Source: Minisyncoccota bacterium | Lineage (GTDB): Bacteria; Patescibacteriota; Minisyncoccia; Phycocordibacterales; JACOZG01 | Assembly: GCA_020057185.1 (NCBI GenBank) | Contig: JAGVGK010000027.1 | Location: forward strand, 1 to 46,602 | DNA: 46,602 bases | Direction: 5' to 3' | Shown: positions 19,656 to 29,279 of the stretch, in pieces | Layout of the letters: each line of letters opens with the position of its first letter | Numbering within the stretch: position 1 is the first letter of the stretch | Notes under the pieces: model-generated | Told to the model about the DNA's origin: nothing | The model's database searches: none | What the model saw: the letters and a program-made list of their open reading frames with translations, nothing else | Position numbers and translations under genes: made by a program

Positions 19656-20261
19656 TTAAACAGATCCCACTCCCCCTTGGGCTATTATTTGAATCCAATT
19701 TACTTTACCTGACGGAGTAATCGACTCAAAAACAATCTCAAGACCTTCTTTAGTTAAATAGTTTTTAATTTCTTCCATTGTAAAATAACTAAAAAATCTG
19801 CCGTCGTCTTTTTTCACCTCTTCTTCTGGACCATCCGGTTTTTTCTCTTTAACGGCGAGATATAGATGACCGTGGCTTTTAAGTTTTTTTAGTAATCCCT
19901 TTATTGTTTCTCCAACTTTTACCTTGGGGATATGGAGCAAAACTGCTCGTAGAAAAATAGCGTCAAAAACTTGGTCCAGTTTCCCCACATTTGCTAAATC
20001 CATCACCAGAAAAGAACCGCTGGGAACTTCTCTCTTAGCAATATCAACCATTTTTTCTGAAAAATCTATTCCGACTACTTTAAATCCTTTGCTGATCAAA
20101 TATTTAGATATAGTTCCACCACCGCAACCAGCATCAAGAATTAGAGCTCCCGGCGTCAAAAAGTTAACAAATTTATTTGTACCCACTATCCCCCAGTTAT
20201 CATTCTGATGTTCCTTATGCCAATCCTCGGCGGTTAGATTGTAAATTGATTTTAGGTCCAT
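19656..20261 (-). CDS. Class I SAM-dependent methyltransferase
   Basis: ILDAGCGGG, GIDFS, FDAI..LLHI. Confidence 0.9.
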   Translation of the reverse strand: MDLKSIYNLTAEDWHKEHQNDNWGIVGTNKFVNFLTPGALILDAGCGGGTISKYLISKGFKVVGIDFSEKMVDIAKREVPSGSFLVMDLANVGKLDQVFDAIFLRAVLLHIPKVKVGETIKGLLKKLKSHGHLYLAVKEKKPDGPEEEVKKDDGRFFSYFTMEEIKNYLTKEGLEIVFESITPSGKVNWIQIIAQGGVGSV

Positions 20262-20273
20262 ACAATAATTTTA

Positions 20274-20669
20274 TCACAACCCCGGGCAGTTGGCGGCGGG
20301 CGTGTAGCCCGCGCGCTTGGCTTCCTCTACTGACGCGAACCAGACTTTATTTTCCTCCTTAATCCTTTGCGCCCCTGAACACCACGGGTAATGATATTTG
20401 GTGCCGTTCTTTGAGCCGACCAAAGTGCCGGTTTTTTGACTTGGAATGTTTTTTGTAGATGTGGCGAGTGAAGTCCCGACGCTTCGGTCGGGACCCCGAC
20501 TTAACGTCGGGGCTACCTGCTCCCCTACCGAGTTCTCAATTAAAACCGGCGTTTTGGCCTCTTCAATTTTCGACCACCGGCCGAGACCGAAGCCAAGTGT
20601 CCCGACCAAGATAATATTGATCGGCAAGAGCCAGGGCTTGATTTTATTTAAGCGTTCGATTATACTCAT
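20274..20669 (-). CDS. Membrane-anchored protein with Ada-like metal-binding domain
   Basis: TM, then [12 protein letters not shown]...F.S.EEA..AGY.P...C. Confidence 0.8.
   Translation of the reverse strand: MSIIERLNKIKPWLLPINIILVGTLGFGLGRWSKIEEAKTPVLIENSVGEQVAPTLSRGPDRSVGTSLATSTKNIPSQKTGTLVGSKNGTKYHYPWCSGAQRIKEENKVWFASVEEAKRAGYTPAANCPGL
20473..20512. repeat. Tandem double-hairpin palindrome inside the CDS
   Basis: GTCCCGAC-gcttcg-GTCGGGAC followed by CCCCGAC-ttaac-GTCGGGG. Confidence 0.8.
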
Positions 20670-20674
20670 ATCTT

Positions 20675-20947
20675 ATGGCGCATCGTAAAGCTGGCGGTAC
20701 CGCTCGAAATCTTCGTGATTCCAACCCCCAATATCTCGGGGTGAAGCTTTCGCATGGCTCCACCGCCAAACCCGGCGCGATTATTATCCGCCAACGCGGG
20801 ACTTATTTCACGGCAGGAAAGAATGTCGGGCTCGGTAAAGATCATACCATTTTTGCTCTCACCTCGGGCATCGTCAATTTCAAAACTAAACGGAAAACTA
20901 ATTATGACTCTCGTCAGCGTTTGGTGAAGGTCGTGAGTGTGGTTTAG
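20675..20947 (+). CDS. rpmA: 50S ribosomal protein L27
   Basis: [13 protein letters not shown]...[17 protein letters not shown]. Confidence 0.97.
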   Translation: MAHRKAGGTARNLRDSNPQYLGVKLSHGSTAKPGAIIIRQRGTYFTAGKNVGLGKDHTIFALTSGIVNFKTKRKTNYDSRQRLVKVVSVV

Positions 20948-21389
20948 ATTCTGATTCAACAACAAGTTGGAAACTGGTTTTTATTTCGCCGTGTTCAACT
21001 GGGATAGTGTGCGCACCAACTTCCTTGATCGGCCGATCTAGTTTAATCCAATCCGACTCAATATCGAAACTCGTTTGCGCGCGGAGCGCTGTGGCGAGAT
21101 CATTGGCATCAAGACCGTCGAAGAGATGACCGAGGTCGTTGGCGCGCTTGGTGAGACGAACCGTGACCTTCGCTAGATCAACGGCCTCTTTAGTCAAGCG
21201 CTCGCGTTTCTCGGCGAGAGCCGTTTCCATTCCTTGTCGTTTGAGTTCGGCTTGGGCGAGATTCGATTTCGTCGCAATCGCACCTAGACCGCGGGCAATA
21301 ATAAAATTTCGTCCGTAACCGGACTTAACTTCTTTCACCTCATACTGCCGACCCAATTTCGGCACATCCTTCAGTAAAACAATTTTCAT
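20898..21389 (-). CDS. rplI: 50S ribosomal protein L9
   Basis: [26 protein letters not shown]. Confidence 0.96.
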   Translation of the reverse strand: MKIVLLKDVPKLGRQYEVKEVKSGYGRNFIIARGLGAIATKSNLAQAELKRQGMETALAEKRERLTKEAVDLAKVTVRLTKRANDLGHLFDGLDANDLATALRAQTSFDIESDWIKLDRPIKEVGAHTIPVEHGEIKTSFQLVVESESKPHSRPSPNADESHN

Positions 21390-21521
21390 ATCGCCAACTA
21401 TATCCTATTTCCCCTCTCCTGCCACTATTGACAAACCATTTCGTTAGGTATTCAATAAGAAAGGAATTTGTTCTTGAGTGTGTACTCAAGATTGACAATA
21501 AAAAAGAATAAGGAGATGGTT

Positions 21522-21815
21522 ATGAAGAGTTATGGTAAATTTTGGTTTGTTGTTATTGCCACTACGATATTAGTAGTATCTGAAGTTGTATTTATTGTTT
21601 TCTTAGCGAGATCATGGATTTTCCGGGAGTCGGTGCCAAAATATCAGTTGTCCGATGACGATCTAAGCACAGGAAATTTTGGATTGGTTCTGATCGGAGG
21701 AGTATCATTCATGGTTGTTAGTTTTCTAGTGATATTGGCTTGTGCTTATTTGTTTAGAGACAAAACTTGTGTGACTAACAATGTTGATGATGGTAGTTGG
21801 AGCTGGCCGCCCTGA
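21522..21815 (+). CDS. Orphan two-TM membrane protein
   Basis: AAGGAG SD 6 nt before ATG 21522; TTGACA at 21428; terminator at ~21858-21889. Confidence 0.6.
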   Translation: MKSYGKFWFVVIATTILVVSEVVFIVFLARSWIFRESVPKYQLSDDDLSTGNFGLVLIGGVSFMVVSFLVILACAYLFRDKTCVTNNVDDGSWSWPP

Positions 21816-21913
21816 GAAGATTCAATTTTGTCATGGGTTAGTTGCAGTTAATTCCCGGGTGACCAGCAATGGCCGCCCTTTTCTTTTTTAAAATTTTTCA
21901 TCAAATTTCTTCC

Positions 21914-21949
21914 TATACCACAACCATCCGATCGTACAGATGTGGATAG
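21914..21949. repeat. 36-bp imperfect palindrome, copy A
   Basis: TATACCACA-ACCA-TCCGATCGTA-CAGA-TGTGGATAG; same spacing as copies B and C. Confidence 0.6.
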
Positions 21950-22034
21950 GTAGAACTTAGTTTAGTCAGATAAATAAAATTTGACAGACAAATAAGAATG
22001 GGTGCATAATGATTTTAGAAAGCGAGGTGTGGCT

Positions 22035-22358
22035 GTGAAAGGTATTTGTGAAGACTGCGGGGGAAATAAAAAGGTTCATAAAAATACTAAGACTGGCAAA
22101 ATCGTTTGCCCAATTTGTTGTCGTAAAGATCCTAATACCCACGAAGAATGTTTTGGGTGTAAAGAAAAAAGACCAGTCGTGGCGTATGATGAATCTAATA
22201 ATCCTCTCTGTATAAAATGTTACAACCAAGACTCGACTTTATTTGAAAAATGTTTCGGTTGTGAAAGAGACAAACCGGTCCACATCCGCGACATGTCGGG
22301 TAAACCAATTTGCCATACCTGTTATCAACCCCAATGGCGTTTGGTTACCAAATCCTGA
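22035..22358 (+). CDS. Orphan protein with three CxxC-x16-CxxC zinc-ribbon repeats
   Basis: TTGACA(21981)-18-CATAAT, GAGGTG SD, GTG start, terminator at 22358-22392. Confidence 0.75.
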   Translation: MKGICEDCGGNKKVHKNTKTGKIVCPICCRKDPNTHEECFGCKEKRPVVAYDESNNPLCIKCYNQDSTLFEKCFGCERDKPVHIRDMSGKPICHTCYQPQWRLVTKS

Positions 22359-22404
22359 ACTCCCCTACCACGCACGGGGAGTTTTATTTTTCATTATCTA
22401 AGAT

Positions 22405-22440
22405 TATACCGTAACAACACGATCGTAGATGAGTGGAATA
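22405..22440. repeat. 36-bp imperfect palindrome, copy B
   Basis: TATACCGTAACAACACGATCGTAGATGAGTGGAATA; 27/36 identical to the reverse complement of copy C. Confidence 0.75.
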
Positions 22441-22464
22441 ATCTTTTATTTTAAAATTTTGGAC

Positions 22465-22668
22465 AAAAAAAAGGGACCCGCCTGATATAAAATATCATTT
22501 AGGTCCCGGACTTCGGACAAGTACCACGGACATTGGACTTTAGTACGAAGTATGCAAGGAATTATGCGTCCTGCCGCGCATGCGTCGTGTTGGAAAGACC
22601 TAAATAATGGGTGGCGGGGTGAATACATCTATTACCGATGGTTCACCCCACCACCAAGTGCACAACTA
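22465..22668 (-). ncRNA. Candidate structured ncRNA (~200 nt)
   Basis: Minus-strand TTGACA(22702-22697)-16-TAAAAT, 14-bp stem 22610-22655, terminator 22465-22507; stem mismatches become G.U pairs on the minus strand. Confidence 0.55.
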
Positions 22669-22728
22669 TTTTCTATTTTACTTATTCACCAATCACTGTC
22701 AACCTTGACTTCACTTTATTTCTGTTGG

Positions 22729-23940
22729 TTATTTTCCTTGTTTAAGAAACTCAATGGCGCGGAGGAGAACGGGATCGGTCGAAGTGGCGCTGGTGCTAGT
22801 CGCGGCTTTGACGAGAATGTCGGGCTCGAGACCATTGTCTACGAGCGACTTGTGTTTCGGCGTCAGCCACTTGGCGATGGTTACTTTAAGCGAGCTATCG
22901 ACGGTGACGGGAATAAGTTCTTGAACCGAACCCTTACCGAAACTCTTTTCTCCAATCAAAGTGGCGATGTCATATTCCGATAGCGCGCCGGCGAGAATCT
23001 CGGAGGCCGAAGCGCTCCCGCCGTCAATCAGAATCGCCATTTTTAATTGCTTGGTAAAAATATTATAACCGTAACTATTATAACTTTTTTCCTCTCGATT
23101 TTGTCCCCGACTTTCAATCACGATTGGTTTGCCAAGGGGTAGGAACCAAGACGCCATATCCACTGCTGACTCGAGCAGGCCACCGGGATTACCGCGCAGG
23201 TCAAGAATTAATTTATCGGTTTTAGTCGTGATGAACTCACGGAGGGCGGTGCGGAAAGCGCTCGAAGCATTGGCGTTGAAATTATAAAGCTGGATGATAA
23301 AAACGCCATCCTTCACTTCGGTATCAAGCGTGGGAATAGAAATCTTCGCCCGCGTGACCGAGATAGTCTGATCAGGTTGATCGGCACGTCTCACGGTGAG
23401 AGTCACCGAGGTGCCGATCTCGCCTCGGATTAAATTAACGGACTCGACGAGTGATAAGGTCCCCGTCTTGTGCTCGTCAATTTTAATAATCTGATCTCCC
23501 GATTTAATCCCCGCCCGCTTCGCGGGCGTGTCTTTAAGCGCAGTCACCACGGTCAAGATGTGGTCGCGGACGTCAATCTCCATTCCGACCCCACCGAAAT
23601 TGCCAGTGATATTTTCCTCAAAGCTCTTTTTCTCTTCTGGCGGAAGGAAGATGGTGTACGGATCGCCGAGCGAATCGGTCATACCGCTAATCGCTCCCCA
23701 AACGCGTTTCTCGGTAGTCGAAGTCGCGGTGGAGGTACTGGAATGACTATTCACAAATCTTTCGTCCAGAATTTGCCACGCTTTCCAAAAAGCCGTCAGA
23801 TCAACATTAATTGGCGACACCACGGCGCCGTCGGCGATGGAAGTTTTTCCCGCGCCGATGAGCAGACCACTACCGAAAACAATCGCAAGAACGAGTACGG
23901 CGCTAAGTCCAAGGATAAGATGTTTAATCGCGCGAGGCAT
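22729..23940 (-). CDS. ctpA: Carboxyl-terminal processing protease (S41, PDZ)
   Basis: GDPYT, GVGMEI, DLRGNPGG, SASASE, FGKGSVQ; start set at ATG 23940. Confidence 0.93.
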   Translation of the reverse strand: MPRAIKHLILGLSAVLVLAIVFGSGLLIGAGKTSIADGAVVSPINVDLTAFWKAWQILDERFVNSHSSTSTATSTTEKRVWGAISGMTDSLGDPYTIFLPPEEKKSFEENITGNFGGVGMEIDVRDHILTVVTALKDTPAKRAGIKSGDQIIKIDEHKTGTLSLVESVNLIRGEIGTSVTLTVRRADQPDQTISVTRAKISIPTLDTEVKDGVFIIQLYNFNANASSAFRTALREFITTKTDKLILDLRGNPGGLLESAVDMASWFLPLGKPIVIESRGQNREEKSYNSYGYNIFTKQLKMAILIDGGSASASEILAGALSEYDIATLIGEKSFGKGSVQELIPVTVDSSLKVTIAKWLTPKHKSLVDNGLEPDILVKAATSTSATSTDPVLLRAIEFLKQGK

Positions 23941-23985
23941 AGTTTGAGTTTTAATTATATATGATATACTGGAAGAACTGCAAGT

Positions 23986-24912
23986 ATGCTTACACGACGC
24001 GAGTACAAAGGTTTGACTTGGATTGATCTCGAATCTCCTACCGAGTCGGAGCTCAAACAAGTCGCGGATGAATATAAGATTCATCCTTTGGTTGTTGGCG
24101 AGTTGACTCAACCGTCATTGCGCTCGAAAGTTGATCTTTACAGCGACTTTATTTATCTCATTCTCCACTTCCCAATTTGCCAGATTTGCTATGGCGAGCG
24201 GAAGGAGAGCAATCTTGATACGGAAGAAATTGATTTTGTGATTGGTCGAGAATTTTTAATTACGGCGCATTATCAGCCGATCGCTGGAGTCGCCGAATTC
24301 GCCACTGTTTTCCAGCCGAGTCAGCTGGAAGGTCGCGGTCAGGATAAAATGCACGCGGGTTTATTATTTTATCATTTGGTCCGCCAACTCTACGGCGAGT
24401 TGGCGACCGGGCTCGATTATATTAATGGCGTTTTGAAACAAGCCGAAAAGAAAGTTTTTGCCGGTCAAGAATTGGCGATGGTCAAACTCTTAACGGAAGT
24501 TAATCGAAACTTGCTGGACTTCCGTTGGGCGCTCAAACATCACCGCGAAGTGCTCAACTCTCTTATTCTAGTCACTAAAGAATTTTTCGATGATAGTTTT
24601 CGTTATCACTTAGGCGTGGTGATTGGCGAATATGACCGGATCTGGGCGATGCTCGAGAGCAATCGTGAGACCTTTACTGATTTACGCGAAACTAATGAGT
24701 CACTTCTTTCGATCAAGACCAATGAGACGATGAAAGTTTTTACGGTGGTGGCGGTTATCTTTTTCCCACTCACTCTCATCACCCAATTTTTCGGGATGAA
24801 TGTGACTTTGCCGATTGCCGATTCGCCTTATAGCTATTATTTTGTTCTCGCGTTGATGTTGGGGACATTTTTTGTAATGTTGGCGTTGGCTAAATATCGT
24901 CGATGGCTCTAA
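23986..24912 (+). CDS. corA: CorA family divalent cation transporter
   Basis: WIDL..P, HPL, NETMK..T, FGMN plus two C-terminal TMs. Confidence 0.92.
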   Translation: MLTRREYKGLTWIDLESPTESELKQVADEYKIHPLVVGELTQPSLRSKVDLYSDFIYLILHFPICQICYGERKESNLDTEEIDFVIGREFLITAHYQPIAGVAEFATVFQPSQLEGRGQDKMHAGLLFYHLVRQLYGELATGLDYINGVLKQAEKKVFAGQELAMVKLLTEVNRNLLDFRWALKHHREVLNSLILVTKEFFDDSFRYHLGVVIGEYDRIWAMLESNRETFTDLRETNESLLSIKTNETMKVFTVVAVIFFPLTLITQFFGMNVTLPIADSPYSYYFVLALMLGTFFVMLALAKYRRWL

Positions 24913-26279
24913 CTTCTCCACTGCAAATTTACGATACTCTCGCCCGCGGGGTTATCCCCTTCCGACCGCCGGCGGGGAAAAAGGTGACGATGTACACTTG
25001 CGGACCGACGGTTTACGCGCCGGCGCATATCGGGAACTTGCGTACTTTCGTAGTGAGCGACTGGTGGCGACGGACGCTTGAGTGGAGTGGTTATCAAGTT
25101 GAATCGGCAATGAATGTGACTGATGTGGATGATAAAACAATTAAAGGGAGTCGAGAAGCTGGTCTCCCGCTTGCTGGTTTCACTAATCAATATGAGAAAA
25201 CTTTTTTTGCCGATCTTGAATCACTAAATGTTGAACGATCAGACATTGTCCCTCATGCCACTGAATATATAAAGAATATGATTGAGATGATTAAGGTCTT
25301 ACTGGCTAAAGATTTTGCCTATCAAGCCGACGATGGAATTTATTTTCGCATTGCCAAAGTGAAGGGGTATGGCGCCTTGGCTCAACTTAAAAATCAACCA
25401 TCTGATGATAAAGAGACGCCGAGCGATTTCGCCCTTTGGAAATTCTGGGACGAAGCTGATGGCGAAGTAAGCTGGGAGGCGCCATTTGGCGATAGCCTCG
25501 CCAACAAGGCGGGCAAAGGTCGGCCTGGCTGGCACATTGAATGTTCGGCGATGATCCGTGCGGTTCTCGGTGACACCATTGATCTTCACTTGGGTGGCAC
25601 GGATCTTATTTTTCCCCACCACACGAATGAAATTGCCCAGTCCGAGGCGGTGACTGGTCAACCACTCGCGAGGCACTGGCTTCATATTGCTTTCGTCAAT
25701 ATGGCGGGAGGCAAGATGGCGAAGTCAGAGGGGAATACGATTACTCTGGCTGATATCATCAATCACGGCTTTTCGCCGTTGGCCTATCGCTATTGGCTTC
25801 TCTCGGCACACTATCGAACACTAATGAATTTTTCGTGGGACGCGCTCGAAAGTTCGGCGATAGCTTTAAAAAAATTACAAAATCGCATTGCCGACCTTAC
25901 CACTGTCCAACACTCGGTGTTGGACAAAGTGGGTACGCCGATTATTGAGTATTTAAATAAATTTACGGAAGCCATCAACAACGATCTTAATTTACCGGTG
26001 GCGCTGTCTATTGTCTGGGAACTTCTTGACGATCACAATTTCGCTCCAGAAAACACGCTGGTCACCATTCTCGAATTCGACAAAATTCTAGGTCTCGACT
26101 TAATTTCCGCCACTCAACCCCTCGCTATTCCTTCCGAAGTCGCACAACTTCTCGCCGACCGCGAGTCGGCGCGAGGCGCGGGCGATTTCGCCCGCGCCGA
26201 TTCCCTTCGCCAACAAATCACCACCGCCGGTTATACTGTTGATGATACTTCAGATGGTCCTAAGTTGAGAAAAATTTAG
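24903..26279 (+). CDS. cysS: Cysteine--tRNA ligase
   Basis: CGPTVY..HIGN, DFALWK, GRPGWHIECS, KMAKS; exact start uncertain. Confidence 0.96.
   Translation: MALTSPLQIYDTLARGVIPFRPPAGKKVTMYTCGPTVYAPAHIGNLRTFVVSDWWRRTLEWSGYQVESAMNVTDVDDKTIKGSREAGLPLAGFTNQYEKTFFADLESLNVERSDIVPHATEYIKNMIEMIKVLLAKDFAYQADDGIYFRIAKVKGYGALAQLKNQPSDDKETPSDFALWKFWDEADGEVSWEAPFGDSLANKAGKGRPGWHIECSAMIRAVLGDTIDLHLGGTDLIFPHHTNEIAQSEAVTGQPLARHWLHIAFVNMAGGKMAKSEGNTITLADIINHGFSPLAYRYWLLSAHYRTLMNFSWDALESSAIALKKLQNRIADLTTVQHSVLDKVGTPIIEYLNKFTEAINNDLNLPVALSIVWELLDDHNFAPENTLVTILEFDKILGLDLISATQPLAIPSEVAQLLADRESARGAGDFARADSLRQQITTAGYTVDDTSDGPKLRKI
25904..25926. repeat. Perfect 10-bp-arm palindrome inside cysS
   Basis: TGTCCAACAC-tcg-GTGTTGGACA. 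Confidence 0.75.
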
Positions 26280-26304
26280 TTCATACAATAATGAAATAAT
26301 AAAT

Positions 26305-26340
26305 TATTCCGTATCTACACGATCGTGGCGTTACGGTATA
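26305..26340. repeat. 36-bp imperfect palindrome, copy C
   Basis: TATTCCGTA-TCTA-CACGATCGTG-GCGT-TACGGTATA. Confidence 0.8.
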
Positions 26341-26475
26341 TTTTAATTTGAAACCATTACGCGCTATTGACAAAATAATTTAATTTTGCTAAGGTAAAAG
26401 TGGCTTGGATCATTGAGAATCCGCCCCTAGCGCGAGGGTTTCGCGTTTAATCTGAATCTCGAAAGGAGAAGTAAG

Positions 26476-26772
26476 ATGTTCCACCCTATCCAATGGTGTC
26501 GACAAAGACGAATTCGCGCTCTGCAACTCCGTCTACTCGAGCTTGATATGGAGATTGAGCGGTACCAGAAATGCTTTGATCTTCTGGTCTCAACAACCAT
26601 GTTGGCAAGTCGTATGCCGGGGCGCATGCGACTGATCGACTTAAATGTTGATATTGCGAGATGCCAGTTCGTTCTTGACCAAGTTGGTCCTCGTTTGATT
26701 CATCTGAAGGACGAAAAGTTTGAGACCGTAAGGAAAAGGAGGAGTCTAGAACTTCTGATTGAGCAGAACTGA
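26476..26772 (+). CDS. Orphan basic helical protein
   Basis: TTGACA(26367)-17-TAAGGT, AAAGGAG SD, terminator at 26797-26829. Confidence 0.65.
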   Translation: MFHPIQWCRQRRIRALQLRLLELDMEIERYQKCFDLLVSTTMLASRMPGRMRLIDLNVDIARCQFVLDQVGPRLIHLKDEKFETVRKRRSLELLIEQN

Positions 26773-26902
26773 AAAAGTGTGATGATCGTTAATGTGAAGG
26801 GGGTGGGCAATGCGCCTGCCCCTTTTTTTATCCCCACGCCATCCCCTCTTCATCCACCAATTAAGCTTTGCATTTTACACTTTTAACTTTACACTTGCAG
26901 GT

Positions 26903-28264
26903 ATGGCGACTGCCACTGCTCCATTTACTAAACCCGGCCTGCGTGTGCCTCCGCAGGATATTGTCGCCGAGCAGGCCTTGCTCGGTTCAATTATGGTCAA
27001 CTCGGCCGGTTTGAATGAGATTGCCTCTTCGATTAAGCCGGACGATTTCTACGCCGAGAAACACCGCCGGATTTATAAAGCGATGCTGAAACTTTTTGAC
27101 AAGAGCGAGCCGATTGACTTGGTTTCGTTGACCTCTGCCCTTCAAAGTGCCAAACAACTCGAGTCAATTGGGGGTGCTAGTTATCTCGCCGAGATCGTCA
27201 ACACGGTCCCGTCGGCGAGCAACCTTGGTTTTTACGCCGCAATTGTTCGCAAGAAATCCCAGCTTCGTCACTTGATCGAATCCGCCGAGAAAATTTCACA
27301 ACTTGGTTATGACGAAGGCGAAGACATTGATAATATTTTCGAATCCGCCGAGAAGGCGATTCTCGGAATTATCAGTTTTACGAAAAAAAGTTTTACGACC
27401 CTTAAGGATAGTTTGGCTGAAGCCTGGGAACGATTCGAGCGACTCCATAAGTCAGATGGAACGCTTCGGGGTGTGCCCACCGGTTTCAAACAACTGGATG
27501 ATAAATTAGCCGGCTTACAAAAGTCTGACCTCATTATTCTCGCCGCGCGTCCGTCGATGGGCAAGACTTCGCTGGCGCTTGATATCGCTCGCCATGTGGC
27601 GAAACAACAAATTCCCGTCTGTGTTTTTTCGCTCGAAATGAGTTCGCAACAACTCGTTGATCGTCTGATTGCCGCCGAGAGTCATGTGGATTCTTGGAAG
27701 CTTCGCACCGGTCGATTGTCGGCCGATGATGAATTTGCGCGGATTCGCGACGCGCTGGATAATCTCTCCAAAGCGCCACTTTTTATTGATGATGATGCTT
27801 CTAACAATATTACAAAAATGAAATCCGTGGCCCGCCGACTGAAGGCCGAACACAATCTCGGCTTGATTGTCGTGGATTATCTTCAACTAATGATCCCGCG
27901 TCGCGATAGTGATTCGCTCGTTCAACAAGTGACCGAAATCTCGCGCTCGCTCAAGGGTCTCGCTCGTGAGCTCGATATCCCAGTGCTCGCGCTCTCGCAA
28001 CTTAATCGCGCTGTCGAACAGCGCGGTGGTCGACCGCGGCTCTCGGATCTCCGCGATTCCGGTTCCATCGAACAGGATGCTGATGTGGTAATGTTTATTC
28101 ATCGGCCGGATAAATATGACGAGGCCTCGGACAAGAAAAATATCGCCGAAATTATGATTGAGAAGCACCGCAATGGTCCGACCGGTTCGATTGAACTCTA
28201 TTTCGACGAACAGCGCGTGAGCTTCACGAGTATTGAAAAAAGTGATTTCGGCGCGTTTACTTAA
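26903..28264 (+). CDS. dnaB: Replicative DNA helicase
   Basis: PPQ..AEQALLG, ARPSMGKT, DYLQL, LSQLNR, DLRDSGSIEQDAD; start set at ATG 26903. Confidence 0.98.
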   Translation: MATATAPFTKPGLRVPPQDIVAEQALLGSIMVNSAGLNEIASSIKPDDFYAEKHRRIYKAMLKLFDKSEPIDLVSLTSALQSAKQLESIGGASYLAEIVNTVPSASNLGFYAAIVRKKSQLRHLIESAEKISQLGYDEGEDIDNIFESAEKAILGIISFTKKSFTTLKDSLAEAWERFERLHKSDGTLRGVPTGFKQLDDKLAGLQKSDLIILAARPSMGKTSLALDIARHVAKQQIPVCVFSLEMSSQQLVDRLIAAESHVDSWKLRTGRLSADDEFARIRDALDNLSKAPLFIDDDASNNITKMKSVARRLKAEHNLGLIVVDYLQLMIPRRDSDSLVQQVTEISRSLKGLARELDIPVLALSQLNRAVEQRGGRPRLSDLRDSGSIEQDADVVMFIHRPDKYDEASDKKNIAEIMIEKHRNGPTGSIELYFDEQRVSFTSIEKSDFGAFT

Positions 28265-28287
28265 TTTAATTTTATATTTTTTAATCT

Positions 28288-28917
28288 ATGCCCGATAATA
28301 TTGTTGATCGTCTCGTGGAGATTTTCCGACGCTTTCCCGGCATTGGCCCGCGCCAGGCGCGTCGTTTTGTTTATCACTTGCTTCACGAAGGGCGAGGGTC
28401 AATCGATCGTTTTGTCGCTGATCTCCGCGCGCTTCATACGGCGGTAACACAGTGCGAGCAGTGTTTCCGTTTTTATTCGGCCAACACTAATTATCGCTCG
28501 GGTCACACTTGCGATCTTTGCAGTGATAGTAGCCGAGATAATAGTCTCTTAATGATTGTGGAGAAAGATGCTGACTTGGAAGCCATCAGACAATCGGGTA
28601 CTTATCAAGGAAGCTTTTTTGTTTTGGGTGGGCTAATTCCGATTTTAGAAAAAGATCCTAGATCCAAACTTCGTCTCCCTGAACTGAATGCGACCATCAC
28701 CAAACGGTTGAGTGAAAAAAGTTTAGTCGAAGTGATTGTCGCCTTGGCAGTTAATCCCGAAGGCGATCACACCATTGAAATTCTTAAACAAACGCTTGAA
28801 CCGTGGACCAAGAAAGGATTGAGGTTGACTGTTTTAGGCCGAGGACTTTCGACCGGCACCGAGTTGGAATATTCCGATGCCGATACAATTAAGAACGCGC
28901 TGGAGAATCGATCTTAG
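28288..28917 (+). CDS. recR: Recombination mediator RecR
   Basis: FPGIGPRQA, C4 zinc finger, Toprim, ELEYSD..T. Confidence 0.95.
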   Translation: MPDNIVDRLVEIFRRFPGIGPRQARRFVYHLLHEGRGSIDRFVADLRALHTAVTQCEQCFRFYSANTNYRSGHTCDLCSDSSRDNSLLMIVEKDADLEAIRQSGTYQGSFFVLGGLIPILEKDPRSKLRLPELNATITKRLSEKSLVEVIVALAVNPEGDHTIEILKQTLEPWTKKGLRLTVLGRGLSTGTELEYSDADTIKNALENRS

Positions 28918-29227
28918 AAATTTTAACTTTAGTGAAAAGCTGACGATGACCGCGCTTCACGCGATAGCGGACTTTCGGTTTGTATTTAATCACCACCACT
29001 TTCTTGCTCTTGCCGGTGGCAATCACTTCGGCGGTGACGGTAGCGCCAGAAATAGTTGGCGTGCCGAGAATTGTTTTCTCACCGTCGTCGGTGAGTAGCA
29101 CTTCCTTAAACACGACTTTCTTCCCGACTTCCCAATTAGCCGAGTCAGACAATTTCTCAATCGTCAAGGTTTCGCCCTCGGCGACTTTATATTGTTTTCC
29201 CCCGGTTTTAATCACTGCAAATTTCAT
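28889..29227 (-). CDS. rplU: 50S ribosomal protein L21
   Basis: FAVIKTGGKQYKV, GHRQ..T. Confidence 0.97.
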   Translation of the reverse strand: MKFAVIKTGGKQYKVAEGETLTIEKLSDSANWEVGKKVVFKEVLLTDDGEKTILGTPTISGATVTAEVIATGKSKKVVVIKYKPKVRYRVKRGHRQLFTKVKISKIDSPARS

Positions 29228-29279
29228 TACTTCATTATACATATTGCCTATTTTTGCGCAAGGCGGTAGAGGCTGGTTT

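Noticed and set aside
21914..26340. Palindromes as classical integron attC or Xer dif sites
   Set aside because: Too short for attC, no RYYYAAC..GTTRRRY ends, no XerD arm (TTATGTTAAAT), no integrase; kept as an unexplained motif
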